From positions 1-64,000 of IMG/VR virus record IMGVR_UViG_3300027985_001623: a stretch of 64,000 bases of DNA. One strand, 5' to 3'. Source of the stretch: a virus. The notes beneath the pieces were generated by a model that did not search any database, was not told the DNA's origin, and saw nothing but the letters and a program-made list of their open reading frames with translations. Made by a program: the position numbers and the translations under genes. Of the stretch, positions 17,562 through 26,998 are shown one piece after another (position 1 is the first letter of the stretch; every line of letters begins with the position of its first letter).

Positions 17562-20095
17562 GCGACGTTCCTCAATTCTCCCCACGATGGGCCTTTCTTG
17601 AAATCCATCTTCATATGGACTCCCTTACTCGCCCATCCCTCAGCGACTTCACGCTGGATCTCGATATATTCATCCGCGAACGACTCCGCAACTTCCGAAA
17701 GCAAGGAGTCGTAAACCGTCAAAACCGTGTTCGCGGGGAGCCTATCGGCTTCGATGATTTCCTGCATCCGACCAACAGTTGCATTCATAAACTCCGCACC
17801 CGTGCCCTGAACTTTGGTGTTCCAGGTGCTGCGTTCCGCCGTGGCCTTGGCGGCGTCATCGTGCCCGGCGATCTCAGGCAAATACCGACGCCGGAACTCT
17901 TCACCGTCCCACCACGTCGACGTGTAGCCGTAGCGCCGCCCATTCGCGAGACACCCGCGAGACCACGCATGAAGCTTTGACAGCTTCCCAAGAATGGCCG
18001 CGAGTAGTTGTTCCGCGAGACGGACAGCGATACCCAGTTTCGCCGCAATCCCGGCCGGCGTGTCGCCGTACAGAAACGCGAAGTTTACGACTTTCGCTTG
18101 GCGCCGCAGAGGGTGACTCGCGTCAACCGTTTCGGGGTCAATCCCGAAAATCGGAGCAATAGCCTTCGCCGTCTCCAAGTGATAGTCCACCCCGCGAGCG
18201 AAAATATCGAGCATCAGAGGATCCTCCGACAGCATCGCCGCGACGCGAAGTTCGAGCTGGTTATAGTCGCCTTCGACAAAAACGTAGCCCGGTTTCGCCA
18301 CGAATATAGAGCGGCATTTGCCCCCAAGAGGGGAATCTTTGCTCGGAATGTTTAGTAAATTTGGCTCCTGACAACTCGGCCGCCCGGTCTCAGTCCCGGA
18401 AATATTGAAGTGTGGATGAATACGTCCGTCATCTCGAATGAACGCAGCCATGCCTTCGGCGTACTGCGTTTTGAACTTCATGGACTGGCGCAACTCCAAA
18501 ATCAGGTTTGCCGCCGGGTGATTAAGGTTTTTAAGGACTTCGGCCGTAACGCTCAGTTTGCCCTTAGCTGTTTTTCTCGTACCTCGAAGCTTGAGTTTTT
18601 TGAACAGTAGCTCGCCAATCTGGTCCGGGCTATTGACATTTACATCGCCATATTGTGACTTAAACTCCGCCGAAGCCCGCGTAATAATCACGTCCATCTC
18701 GTCACGGAGCTCGTCGATGCGCCCCCGGTCAGCCAGAATACCGTTGTATTCCATGCACGTCATTGCATACGCGAAACTTTTTTGAACCTTCTTCCAGACT
18801 TTTTCTGCGTGCGGTTCGGCATGTCGGAGCTGGTCCTGTCGAAGGCGATCGGTCGAAATGGTGTCACGCCCGTTGTACGGGCTCATAACAGGAGCTGGAA
18901 TCGCCGCATAGGCGTAAGTCTTCGGGTTGTCCCCACTTTTCACGCCAGCTACGGCACGTGTCAGCGTGTCTTTCGGAATATCCGCAAATAACGTGGGGGT
19001 GGTGTCGACCCACTTCCCAGATGCACGCTTTTTCAGCTCCACGCACCCTTCCTTGATCCACGCTTCCGGCTCCTCTTTACCTCCAAACATGCCGACAGTC
19101 GACTGGAGCGTTTCCAGGTCGGCGACGTCCCCCGCATACGTTAGCTTCCGAAAAAGAAACGCGTCGTGGTCCATGTTCTTAGGCATCGCCCCGAATGCGG
19201 CAGCGAGGTGTACGGCGTCAAACTTCCCGTTAGTTGCCGTTTTTTGAATGTCTTCACGCTTTAGTAGGCTCAGAATACGAGCATTCAATTGTGGGTCAGC
19301 AAGTTGCTCACGTTCCCAAATGTAAGCCGTGTCCTGATCGTACGGCGTGCAGGACAAACTCAAGATTGTGTGGCCTGCGTTAAATGGAAGCCCGCAAGTC
19401 TCCACGTCGAAAGTCACACCCCCAGCAAACTCAATCTCGTCACATGCCTCGTTCGCGTCATCCTCAGAATCAACAAGTCGGCAAACCGCATCAGTTGGCG
19501 GTCGGACTGGGTCAGCTTTTAGTGCCCACTCTAAATTACGCTCAAAACCAGCACGAATGAATTGATTCCGCAAACATGCGATAGGGTGCGCAAGAACGAA
19601 GACCGGAACGCCCGTCGATGTATACGCGTAAATCCGCGGAAGTGTCTGCGTCGGAAGTGCTTGACCGAGAACAACTTTGCACGCTTCAGCTCCTAACGCG
19701 ATAATCCGTGCCGGGTTGCATTCGTCGATGACTGACGCAAGATACCCGCGGCACTCCGTGAATGATTTTGGCTTGACCTTTCGTGAACCTGGCGCACATC
19801 GAAGCGAGTTCGCAAAAACAATAGGCCCATTCCAGAGTCCGGCCAACTGTTTTGCCACATAAACGCCACTCGGACCGCACGTAACTCGATGCGCACGATC
19901 CTCCCCCACACCGGGCGGGGGCATGACGACCAACAAGACAGGGCCTTCGTCTGGACCTTGTTGCTCAGCCTCCATACATGGCGAGCTAACGCCAACGCTT
20001 AATTCGCAACGCGTACATGAAGGATCCGTCAATAAAATGTCTGATTTTTCAACCAGACACTTTTGCGGTTCGCTGTAAATTGGGAGCGTGCGCAC
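17558..20095 (-). CDS. polA: family A DNA polymerase with N-terminal uracil-DNA-glycosylase-like domain and 3'-5' exonuclease
   Basis: CTRCEL...PG.GED...NSLRC...IIALG...HP (UDG family 4-like); FDVET exo I; TETGRPS; DYNQLELR; RRQAKVVNFAFLYG; VYDS. Confidence 0.93.
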   Translation of the reverse strand: MRTLPIYSEPQKCLVEKSDILLTDPSCTRCELSVGVSSPCMEAEQQGPDEGPVLLVVMPPPGVGEDRAHRVTCGPSGVYVAKQLAGLWNGPIVFANSLRCAPGSRKVKPKSFTECRGYLASVIDECNPARIIALGAEACKVVLGQALPTQTLPRIYAYTSTGVPVFVLAHPIACLRNQFIRAGFERNLEWALKADPVRPPTDAVCRLVDSEDDANEACDEIEFAGGVTFDVETCGLPFNAGHTILSLSCTPYDQDTAYIWEREQLADPQLNARILSLLKREDIQKTATNGKFDAVHLAAAFGAMPKNMDHDAFLFRKLTYAGDVADLETLQSTVGMFGGKEEPEAWIKEGCVELKKRASGKWVDTTPTLFADIPKDTLTRAVAGVKSGDNPKTYAYAAIPAPVMSPYNGRDTISTDRLRQDQLRHAEPHAEKVWKKVQKSFAYAMTCMEYNGILADRGRIDELRDEMDVIITRASAEFKSQYGDVNVNSPDQIGELLFKKLKLRGTRKTAKGKLSVTAEVLKNLNHPAANLILELRQSMKFKTQYAEGMAAFIRDDGRIHPHFNISGTETGRPSCQEPNLLNIPSKDSPLGGKCRSIFVAKPGYVFVEGDYNQLELRVAAMLSEDPLMLDIFARGVDYHLETAKAIAPIFGIDPETVDASHPLRRQAKVVNFAFLYGDTPAGIAAKLGIAVRLAEQLLAAILGKLSKLHAWSRGCLANGRRYGYTSTWWDGEEFRRRYLPEIAGHDDAAKATAERSTWNTKVQGTGAEFMNATVGRMQEIIEADRLPANTVLTVYDSLLSEVAESFADEYIEIQREVAEGWASKGVHMKMDFKKGPSWGELRNVA

Positions 20096-20839
20096 TTATG
20101 CGCCCCCGGCTGCTGCCTCACCCGCGAACACCGATATAGCTCGTGCACAACGCTGCTGAAGCGAGGCGTCATCAGTGACGCGCGAAACTGCCTGGAACTG
20201 TGCCTGGTGCTGCCGCAAGAACTTCGCCATATCCACCGCTGTAGTATACCCAATCCCATACGCCCAGCGTGCCGTGCCCCCAAAATTAGCAGTTGGGAGC
20301 AACAACTGCGGCGGTATGTCGAACTCATCACCTTCCGGAATCGAGAGGGGGGTTGCCTCCCGAGGTGCAGAAGCTGGCGCAGGTGCAGGAGCTGGCGCAG
20401 GTGCAGGTGCAGGAGCTGGCGCAGGTGCAGGAGCTGGCGCAGGAGCTGGAGCTGGCGCAGGTGCAGGTGCAGGTGCTGCTTGAACTACCGGCTGTGTCGT
20501 GGCTGGTCGGCGACGGGGTGCTTGAGCTGTGGGAGCTGGAGCCGCGGCGACAGCCGGCGCTGGTTTCGAAACGACCGGCGCGGAAGCTACAGGTTGCACG
20601 ACAGGAGTCGTTATCGGCTGCGGTTTTTCGGAAACGGCAGGTGTGGGTTTTGAGGTTGCCGCGCCGGCGGAGAAACTGTGCACCAACGCAAAGATGGCGT
20701 TGATGGCCGCTTGTTCGTTCGCCCCCTTCGAGAGCCGCAGAGCCACGGAGAGATCGACGTAGTCGGGGGTGGCTACACCCTCAGGCGCACAAAAGTGTGG
20801 GTTGGAAGTCTCTAGGTGGAGATCGATGATTTTCAGCAT
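20096..20839 (-). CDS. Pro/Ala-repeat protein
   Basis: Two small domains joined by a (PA)n linker. Confidence 0.7.
   Translation of the reverse strand: MLKIIDLHLETSNPHFCAPEGVATPDYVDLSVALRLSKGANEQAAINAIFALVHSFSAGAATSKPTPAVSEKPQPITTPVVQPVASAPVVSKPAPAVAAAPAPTAQAPRRRPATTQPVVQAAPAPAPAPAPAPAPAPAPAPAPAPAPAPAPAPAPASAPREATPLSIPEGDEFDIPPQLLLPTANFGGTARWAYGIGYTTAVDMAKFLRQHQAQFQAVSRVTDDASLQQRCARAISVFAGEAAAGGA
20373..20476. repeat. 6-bp-period coding repeat encoding (PA)n
   Basis: gcaggt/gctggc/gcagga units. Confidence 0.9.
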
Positions 20840-20994
20840 GGTGTCACTCGTTACCGGGATGCGGTGAAAGTCCGCATGAAAGAAGCACGAGTACTTTTAG
20901 TGCACACCGGCCCAACTCAAGCAAAAAATCGTTCCCTGTCGAAGGCGCGCGCCACAAATGGGTGGTGATCGCGCATAAAAACCGGAACAGATTT

Positions 20995-21246
20995 TTAACT
21001 CGCGCTTTTTTTCGTAGAAGCACGGCGCTTTTTTGGCTCCGGCTTCACGTCAGCTGCGAGACGCACACGATATTTTTTCAACGCGACAAGGCGTGACATG
21101 CCGGCGAGCAACGCCGCGTTGAACACCTTTGTGACCGGCATGTCGAGCTCAAGTGCGATTTTTTTCAACCGCTCAAGCTCGCCTTCGGCGACTTCGAACA
21201 ACACGTGATTTTTTGCAAGTGCTTCGACGACGGAACTTTCGCTCAT
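20995..21246 (-). CDS. ribbon-helix-helix-like DNA-binding protein
   Basis: VLFEV...LERLKKIALELDMPVTKVFNAAL; ATG 7 nt after TTGCGT-N17-CATGTT. Confidence 0.55.
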   Translation of the reverse strand: MSESSVVEALAKNHVLFEVAEGELERLKKIALELDMPVTKVFNAALLAGMSRLVALKKYRVRLAADVKPEPKKRRASTKKSAS

Positions 21247-21283
21247 GATCAAAAACATGCGCGAAAAATCGTAAAAACGCAAA

Positions 21284-21580
21284 TCAAAGCCGCGCTTCGG
21301 GGAACGAGTCAGTGTCTGGGTCCCAAGAAAGGATCATCTCTAGCATAGCGCTATCGGTAACACCAGTTTCGCTCAAAAACTCAGCGACGTTCTGAAAACC
21401 CGGTGACCGCAGCATCCGAGGAAACTTTTCGACCAGTCCGAGACTGTCCCGGACCTGCGCAGGTAAAGTGCAAATAGCGTCAGCCGTTTTCACCGCCCAC
21501 TTAGGTGGCCGCTCATCACCAAAAGCAGCACGCGCGTCAGGCATTCGCAACAACGGATTGTCGTCACTTGACATCGTCAT
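21284..21580 (-). CDS. hypothetical protein
   Basis: ATGA overlap with the vWA gene. Confidence 0.5.
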   Translation of the reverse strand: MTMSSDDNPLLRMPDARAAFGDERPPKWAVKTADAICTLPAQVRDSLGLVEKFPRMLRSPGFQNVAEFLSETGVTDSAMLEMILSWDPDTDSFPEARL

Positions 21581-23070
21581 CCCTCGGAAACGTCAATAAC
21601 CGTCCCCCAATCAACCCCAATCTTTCCCCCAGCGACTTGCAGCCAAATCACTTTTGTTCTTTTGGGCGGACTGTCTGGATAATTTCCGTATCCGTCCGTC
21701 GCGAACACAATGACGTTCGGCCGCTTTGTGAGAGGCATCGCTGCAATTGCCTCAAATGCCGGTCGAAAGTTGGTCCCGCCGCCACCGACAAATTTGGTAT
21801 CGAGCGCTTTTGCGTTTGAAACGCGTTCATTGACGTGGACCTTAGCGTCACAAGAAATGAACTGCACGCCTGAACCACGAACTTCCTTCAAAATTTTTGC
21901 GACCTCGGCTTTCATCGCTGCGAATGTAGCATTGCCCATCGACGCAGACGTGTCCGCGACAAACGCAATACGAGCAACAGGCTTTTGATAGCCGGGGAGA
22001 ATGGCAACCTTTTCGGCGAATAGCTCGAACCCGCTCTGGTTGCGATTTCTTCGCGAATAAGTCTCATGCCCGAAACCCTCCACAAAAGCACACGCCCGCT
22101 CCGTGTGCACACGCAGCAGCGTCTGCCATGGAGTTTTGGGCTCCACTAGCAACTCTTCGGCATAGCGCTTGAGCGCCTGCGGTAGCTTGCCGGCGTGCTT
22201 GGAAATCTCGTGTGCATCTTGTTGTCGCTGCTCGGCCTGATCTGCCTCCGTCCGCGCATCCGGGTCATCCCCTGACGGCTCGTTAGGCAAGGGGTTGCCC
22301 GCCCCGGAACCGCACTGCCCCCAGCCTGGAGGTTGAGGCTGGTTTTGATTTTGGGGTTGAGGCTGGTTTTGAGGCTGGTTTTGAGGCTGGTTTTGAGGCT
22401 GGTTTTGATTTTGGGGTTGAGGCTGGTTTTGAGGCTGGTTTTGAGGCTGGTTTTGATTTTGGGGTTGAGGCTGGTTTTGAGGCCGGTTTTGAGGCCGGTT
22501 TTGATTTTGGGGTTGAGGCTGGTTTTGATTTTGGGGTTGATTTTGAGGTTTATTCTTCTCCGCACGCTCGCGAAGAATCATAAAGTACTGCTCGCATGTT
22601 AAATGTGGCGGCAGATCTAGCGTTCGATATGTGATCGGCGGTGAACCACCAAGATTTGGTAACGGTAACCCAGCATCCTCAATGTTGTCGTTTATCTGGG
22701 CATCCGCAGCTTCGTTAAATATCCGCTGCTCTTCGGGTGTCGAGATGAACCCCTGCGCCACTAGCAGATCGTACAATTTTGCGTGCTCAAAAAAGATATG
22801 CAAGTATTCGTGCACGATCACCGCCGCAGCCTCCCGAGCAGTGAACGAGGCCAGTACTGCTGGATCGTACAGTAAAATCGAATGGCGTGTCACACCAAAT
22901 GTGCCAAGTCCGGGAGTCTCCCGCGGTACAAGACTCTGAATGCCCATCTCGAAATACGGCAGTGCTTCATATGCGACTAAGCGCGCCACGGAAAGCTGCA
23001 TGGTGGGCTCTACTGCGGCCAACAATTGTTTTGCTGGACGCTTATCCATTCGTGTACTTTCGAAGGTCAA
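21577..23070 (-). CDS. metallopeptidase-like + vWA domain protein (DUF2201-type)
   Basis: HEYLH...H and D.QIN; MIDAS DTSASM, GGGTNF, TDG; Q/N/P linker. Confidence 0.88.
   Translation of the reverse strand: MTFESTRMDKRPAKQLLAAVEPTMQLSVARLVAYEALPYFEMGIQSLVPRETPGLGTFGVTRHSILLYDPAVLASFTAREAAAVIVHEYLHIFFEHAKLYDLLVAQGFISTPEEQRIFNEAADAQINDNIEDAGLPLPNLGGSPPITYRTLDLPPHLTCEQYFMILRERAEKNKPQNQPQNQNQPQPQNQNRPQNRPQNQPQPQNQNQPQNQPQNQPQPQNQNQPQNQPQNQPQNQPQPQNQNQPQPPGWGQCGSGAGNPLPNEPSGDDPDARTEADQAEQRQQDAHEISKHAGKLPQALKRYAEELLVEPKTPWQTLLRVHTERACAFVEGFGHETYSRRNRNQSGFELFAEKVAILPGYQKPVARIAFVADTSASMGNATFAAMKAEVAKILKEVRGSGVQFISCDAKVHVNERVSNAKALDTKFVGGGGTNFRPAFEAIAAMPLTKRPNVIVFATDGYGNYPDSPPKRTKVIWLQVAGGKIGVDWGTVIDVSEG
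22330..22550. repeat. 12/24-bp coding tandem repeat encoding (PQNQ)n
   Basis: Repeated gaggctggtttt / gattttggggtt units. Confidence 0.92.
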
Positions 23071-24304
23071 TGCCTGCGTTCAAAGCAACTGGAGCTATGC
23101 GTCCCACGACAGTGTATGCTGTAGTGTTGCCCACGAACAGCTCAGCCGAACAAAGTTGAGCTATCGTTGTGACACACAAGTCCAGTGCTCCCGCAGCGTT
23201 CTGCGTCAAGTTGTCCAGCACACGCCAAAAATCATTAGCTAGTGCTTTTTTGTCCGCTTCTGGTGCAGACATGACCATTGATGTACAAGAACCCAAAACC
23301 GCGACCGTCCGATCGAGCCTTGCTGGCCGGTGATGGAACACGACTCGACCAGACAGCACGTCGTCGGGACTCGGCAGATCCGCCGTGCGCAGCCACGAGG
23401 TGAACTCGTTCCATGGAGCCTTGCCGATAAACGCCGCGCAAGCCTGGTCGCGCTCCGCTGGAGAGAACCCAAACAAGATCGAGCCGGTCAGCGCGTGAAT
23501 GGCCGTGTCCCAAGATCGCCCAGAGGGCCACGCGCCTTGGTGGCCTTCCCGAGGCTCCTGCATCAGAGCACTCGGCTTGCTTGTGATAAACCCGGCGATC
23601 TGGCCCGCAGCAGTCGCCCAAGCCCGCCCCCAGTGCGCGTCCACTTCCGCTTCGAAGGCCATGGTATCGATCGGCTCAATCAGCGACAGCGGGTCCGCGC
23701 CGCCCTTCGACAGCACATAGGCGCAAAACTGTTTTGCGCTAACGCCTTCCCAATCGAGAAACCCGATGCGATTCGTCATCGCGGCAGCCAACTCGTAACT
23801 CGACGCCGTGTGTTTTGAAGCGTTCATGGCAAGAGTCATTCGCGTCCGGGGACCCAAGTCGAGCTCTCCCATGACCCGTTCAAGAACAACACGAAGAAGT
23901 GCGGACTGCGTGTCAGGCATCCCGGTATTCGCCTCATCGATGAGAACAAGGCTCCCATTGGGGGCCATCGCAGCGCGCAACCCGAAGCCGAACGGGGCGT
24001 AGTGAGCGTAAGTGGTCTCCCCTACAAAATCGGGGTCTACGTGCCGCGGCGCGCCGACAGTTGACATTGTGCTAGGGACAGGAACTCCCAAAAAATCCTG
24101 AGGCGCCCGCGAAGAGACCACAACCGGTTCGAAACGCAGCCCTGCACGCCGAGCGACACGGGCACAAAAGCTGGTTTTTTGTGTCCCTGGAGGGCCAACC
24201 AGGATGTAGGGGATGCCTCGCCGGCCATTGAGACCCTGAACGAATAGAGACATCCATATGATGCGCTCTTGCGCAGTTTCACCATAACAATACAGGGCGT
24301 TCAT
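23042..24304 (-). CDS. MoxR-family AAA+ ATPase
   Basis: GPPGTQKT, LIDEAN, QSALL, AMN, AMTNR, PSGRSW; coupled to the vWA gene. Confidence 0.88.
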   Translation of the reverse strand: MNALYCYGETAQERIIWMSLFVQGLNGRRGIPYILVGPPGTQKTSFCARVARRAGLRFEPVVVSSRAPQDFLGVPVPSTMSTVGAPRHVDPDFVGETTYAHYAPFGFGLRAAMAPNGSLVLIDEANTGMPDTQSALLRVVLERVMGELDLGPRTRMTLAMNASKHTASSYELAAAMTNRIGFLDWEGVSAKQFCAYVLSKGGADPLSLIEPIDTMAFEAEVDAHWGRAWATAAGQIAGFITSKPSALMQEPREGHQGAWPSGRSWDTAIHALTGSILFGFSPAERDQACAAFIGKAPWNEFTSWLRTADLPSPDDVLSGRVVFHHRPARLDRTVAVLGSCTSMVMSAPEADKKALANDFWRVLDNLTQNAAGALDLCVTTIAQLCSAELFVGNTTAYTVVGRIAPVALNAGIDLRKYTNG

Positions 24305-24576
24305 TTTGTTCCTTCTTCTGCATCTGTCGTTGTATCAGTGGAGCAAATCCACTCGTGCAATTCGGCGGAGCTTAGCCGGCCGGCTAGGTACTCGCGAATG
24401 GCTTGGTAAGATTGGGCCGCGCCGGGCAAGTAAGAACGCTTCAAGACAGATCCCGTGGCCTTGAGCTGGGAAATAGAGAACTGTTCGAATACCGACGCGA
24501 AGGGGCGGGCGGGATGTTTAACAGCGTGTTCCGTGATTGTGGAGAGGGGTCGCGGAGGGAGGGGTGTGTTCGGCAC
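24301..24576 (-). CDS. hypothetical protein
   Basis: GTG 7 nt after TTGCGC-N18-TACAAA; ATGA overlap with MoxR. Confidence 0.5.
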   Translation of the reverse strand: MPNTPLPPRPLSTITEHAVKHPARPFASVFEQFSISQLKATGSVLKRSYLPGAAQSYQAIREYLAGRLSSAELHEWICSTDTTTDAEEGTK

Positions 24577-24583
24577 GTGTTAT

Positions 24584-24684
24584 TTTGTAGCGCAACTAGC
24601 TTAGGTCGCGCAAGTGTCTTAATGAACTAAACTGCGCAGCGATCGCGCGTTGATCGTGCGAGTAGCGCAAAATCGGTGTACAAT
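24584..24684. promoter_or_regulatory. divergent sigma70-type promoters
   Basis: Minus: TTGCGC(24613-24608)-N18-TACAAA; plus: GTGCGA-N17-TACAAT(24679-24684). Confidence 0.45.
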
Positions 24685-24691
24685 CGCCCAC

Positions 24692-25147
24692 ATGGTGCCC
24701 GAACTGAACCAAAAAATCGTGTCTGCTGCCGAAAAGTACATCGGACTCCGAGAAATCCATGGAGTCCGACACGAAGAACAAATTTTGCGCTGGTTCGAAG
24801 CCGCAGGCGCCACGTGGATAAAAAACGACGAAGCTGCATGGTGCTCGGCGTTCGCGTGCGGCATAGCTAAAGAAGCGGGTGCATTTAACCCGCAGACAGT
24901 CCGCGCGAAAGAGTGGTTATCCATTGACCCGAGCAAAGCAACACGTATCAGCATCTCTGACCTCATCCCGGGTGATGTCGTTGTCGTGCGCAGAGGTAAA
25001 AACCTCTACCACGTCTCAATCTTCTATGGAGTTCGAAGTAACGGAGACTTACGGCTACTGGGCGGAAACCAAAACAACCAAGTTAGTCGCGCGTATTACA
25101 GCCGAGCCCGATTCGTCGGAGCGGTTCGGCTTTCTACAGCTAGTTGA
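24692..25147 (+). CDS. TIGR02594-like CHAP/NlpC-P60 peptidoglycan hydrolase (candidate endolysin)
   Basis: IGLREI.G, DEAAWCSAF, PGDVVV, HV..F, LGGNQ. Confidence 0.85.
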   Translation: MVPELNQKIVSAAEKYIGLREIHGVRHEEQILRWFEAAGATWIKNDEAAWCSAFACGIAKEAGAFNPQTVRAKEWLSIDPSKATRISISDLIPGDVVVVRRGKNLYHVSIFYGVRSNGDLRLLGGNQNNQVSRAYYSRARFVGAVRLSTAS

Positions 25148-25469
25148 CAAGGTTATCCGGTTTTTTATCTGGCTCAGTTGTAGGCTCCTGCGAATCTACA
25201 AAGTTATCCGGGCGCACCAAATGCTCACCAGTCATCCGAAAAAACAACGCGTGAACAAGTGCACCAACGTTCGACCAATCGGTGGTGTGGGCCATGTCCG
25301 CAACCGTCTGCATGAATAATCGCATAATAGGCGACAACGCAGCTCGACCAATAAATTCCAGTTTCGGAATCGTCCCCATACGATGAGGTAGAGTTATACA
25401 GTACGTCACCGTATGCGGTTGCGGACCAGGTGCGCAAGACATGTACAGTTTGTCATGTTCAGAGTTCAT
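25140..25469 (-). CDS. hypothetical protein
   Basis: Follows primase; converges with the CHAP gene. Confidence 0.4.
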   Translation of the reverse strand: MNSEHDKLYMSCAPGPQPHTVTYCITLPHRMGTIPKLEFIGRAALSPIMRLFMQTVADMAHTTDWSNVGALVHALFFRMTGEHLVRPDNFVDSQEPTTEPDKKPDNLVN

Positions 25470-25472
25470 CTT

Positions 25473-26471
25473 TTAAGCTTTCTTGAGCAAGTCATGAGCT
25501 GTTTCGAAAAGCCAATCACGGGGAACCTCGTCCGGATCCGTGCGTGCTGGTAACCGGAGGTTGACCGCGCGTGCACCCTGAAGAGCCAAACTCCAGGCCA
25601 AGGCTTGTCCTTCCATCCAAGCATCCCCGTCCAGGCACACAACAATCGGGCGCCGGGTTTGGAGGAACAAACTGTGGTGCGCGGGGATCGGTTTGCCCAA
25701 GCAGGCCACACCATGCGGCCAGACAGCTTGCGCGTCGAGGCAACCTTCCATGATGAAAACGGGCTCATCTGTTTCAACGAACAGTGCGGCTCCGTTCCAA
25801 ATTGTCGTGTACCGACTCAACCCACGCGAGTACAAATGGGGGATCTGGTTCAAGCCCGTTGCATCGCGAGCAAACCACGCCAACCATGGGCCGGTAGGGT
25901 CCTCCCAGTTCAAAATCGGGATGACCAGACGTCCGGCCAATTTGAAGGTGCCACTACCGATGCCCATTTGGCGCGCGCGTTCAAACGGAATATCGCGACA
26001 CGGTTTCCCGCCCTCGTTCAAGTCAGTTTTTGGAGCCAAAATGTAGTGGCGCACCGCGTCGAATCGTGGATCAGCCAACCCAGGACCTTCGAAAATTGGT
26101 GTGAACCCATATGCGTGTTCGACCGCCGCCGTTATAGCAGAGGGCGCGTTCGGCATAAGCCCGACCTCGAACGAATCCTCTAAATCCGGATCAAGAATGT
26201 CACTAAGTTGCGCACGATACGAAGCCGGCAAGCGGCCATGGGTTTGGCATTTGTAGCAATTGAACCCCCCGGTTTTCGTGTTCAGTCCAAGGGATTCTTT
26301 CCGGTCCTTACTGCCGTCAGCTTCGCAGATCGGGCAACGCGCGCGAATCCAGCCGGATTGGGTGGTCATCCTTCCTGAGCGCGCTCCCCCTGAGTACGCC
26401 TCAAGAACAGCATCCCAAACCCCTTTCTCTTGAAACGGATCATCAATGTGGTCCCACCAGTTCATCAACAA
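25473..26471 (-). CDS. DNA primase (Zn finger + TOPRIM)
   Basis: CPIC...CYKC; EGCLDA; DGDA; DPD. Confidence 0.88.
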   Translation of the reverse strand: MLMNWWDHIDDPFQEKGVWDAVLEAYSGGARSGRMTTQSGWIRARCPICEADGSKDRKESLGLNTKTGGFNCYKCQTHGRLPASYRAQLSDILDPDLEDSFEVGLMPNAPSAITAAVEHAYGFTPIFEGPGLADPRFDAVRHYILAPKTDLNEGGKPCRDIPFERARQMGIGSGTFKLAGRLVIPILNWEDPTGPWLAWFARDATGLNQIPHLYSRGLSRYTTIWNGAALFVETDEPVFIMEGCLDAQAVWPHGVACLGKPIPAHHSLFLQTRRPIVVCLDGDAWMEGQALAWSLALQGARAVNLRLPARTDPDEVPRDWLFETAHDLLKKA

Positions 26472-26998
26472 ATCTCCGGCTCGTGAAAAAGGCCCAAAGT
26501 GCCAAAAACGGCATACGGCGCAGCCTCAAACGAGGTTTTCATAATAAACGTAATCGCGTCATGGTTAATCGCCAATACCGCTGAAACGATAGGCATAATT
26601 TCTAGCTCCCATTTCGCGACGTTTTCCGCGTGCGCACTGAATATTCTGTTCGGATTCTCTATTAGCCATTTGTCAACAGTTCCCGCTTTAGACACAATCA
26701 CGCGGAACACGGAAACCTCCCAGATCAAAGCCGAGCAAATCGAGCAAACGTTTGCATGAACGGTGTAAGTATCCGCGAACATACAAACGTACCCGCACAT
26801 ATCGCACTGAACCGGCCATTCATAAAACTCCTTAGCGTTCCGAGGCGCGTACGCTTCAAAGATCCCTCGAAACCCGGAACCCCACGACGACAGCATGTTT
26901 TCTCGTGCGAAAGATTTGATTCGTGGCGCATCAACACTGTCCGCTTTAATAGCGGCACGGAACGCAGCCGTGGTCCGCACAAAATGGTAGCTCATCAC
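26465..26998 (-). CDS. hypothetical Zn-finger protein
   Basis: CDMC...CSIC; coupled between helicase and primase. Confidence 0.5.
   Translation of the reverse strand: MMSYHFVRTTAAFRAAIKADSVDAPRIKSFARENMLSSWGSGFRGIFEAYAPRNAKEFYEWPVQCDMCGYVCMFADTYTVHANVCSICSALIWEVSVFRVIVSKAGTVDKWLIENPNRIFSAHAENVAKWELEIMPIVSAVLAINHDAITFIMKTSFEAAPYAVFGTLGLFHEPEIC

Noticed and set aside
8268-20095. Z-base (2-aminoadenine) pathway from MazG-like + PolA
   Set aside because: No PurZ or DatZ-like gene seen in the window.
22330-22550. CRISPR array
   Set aside because: Short tandem coding repeat with no unique spacers.
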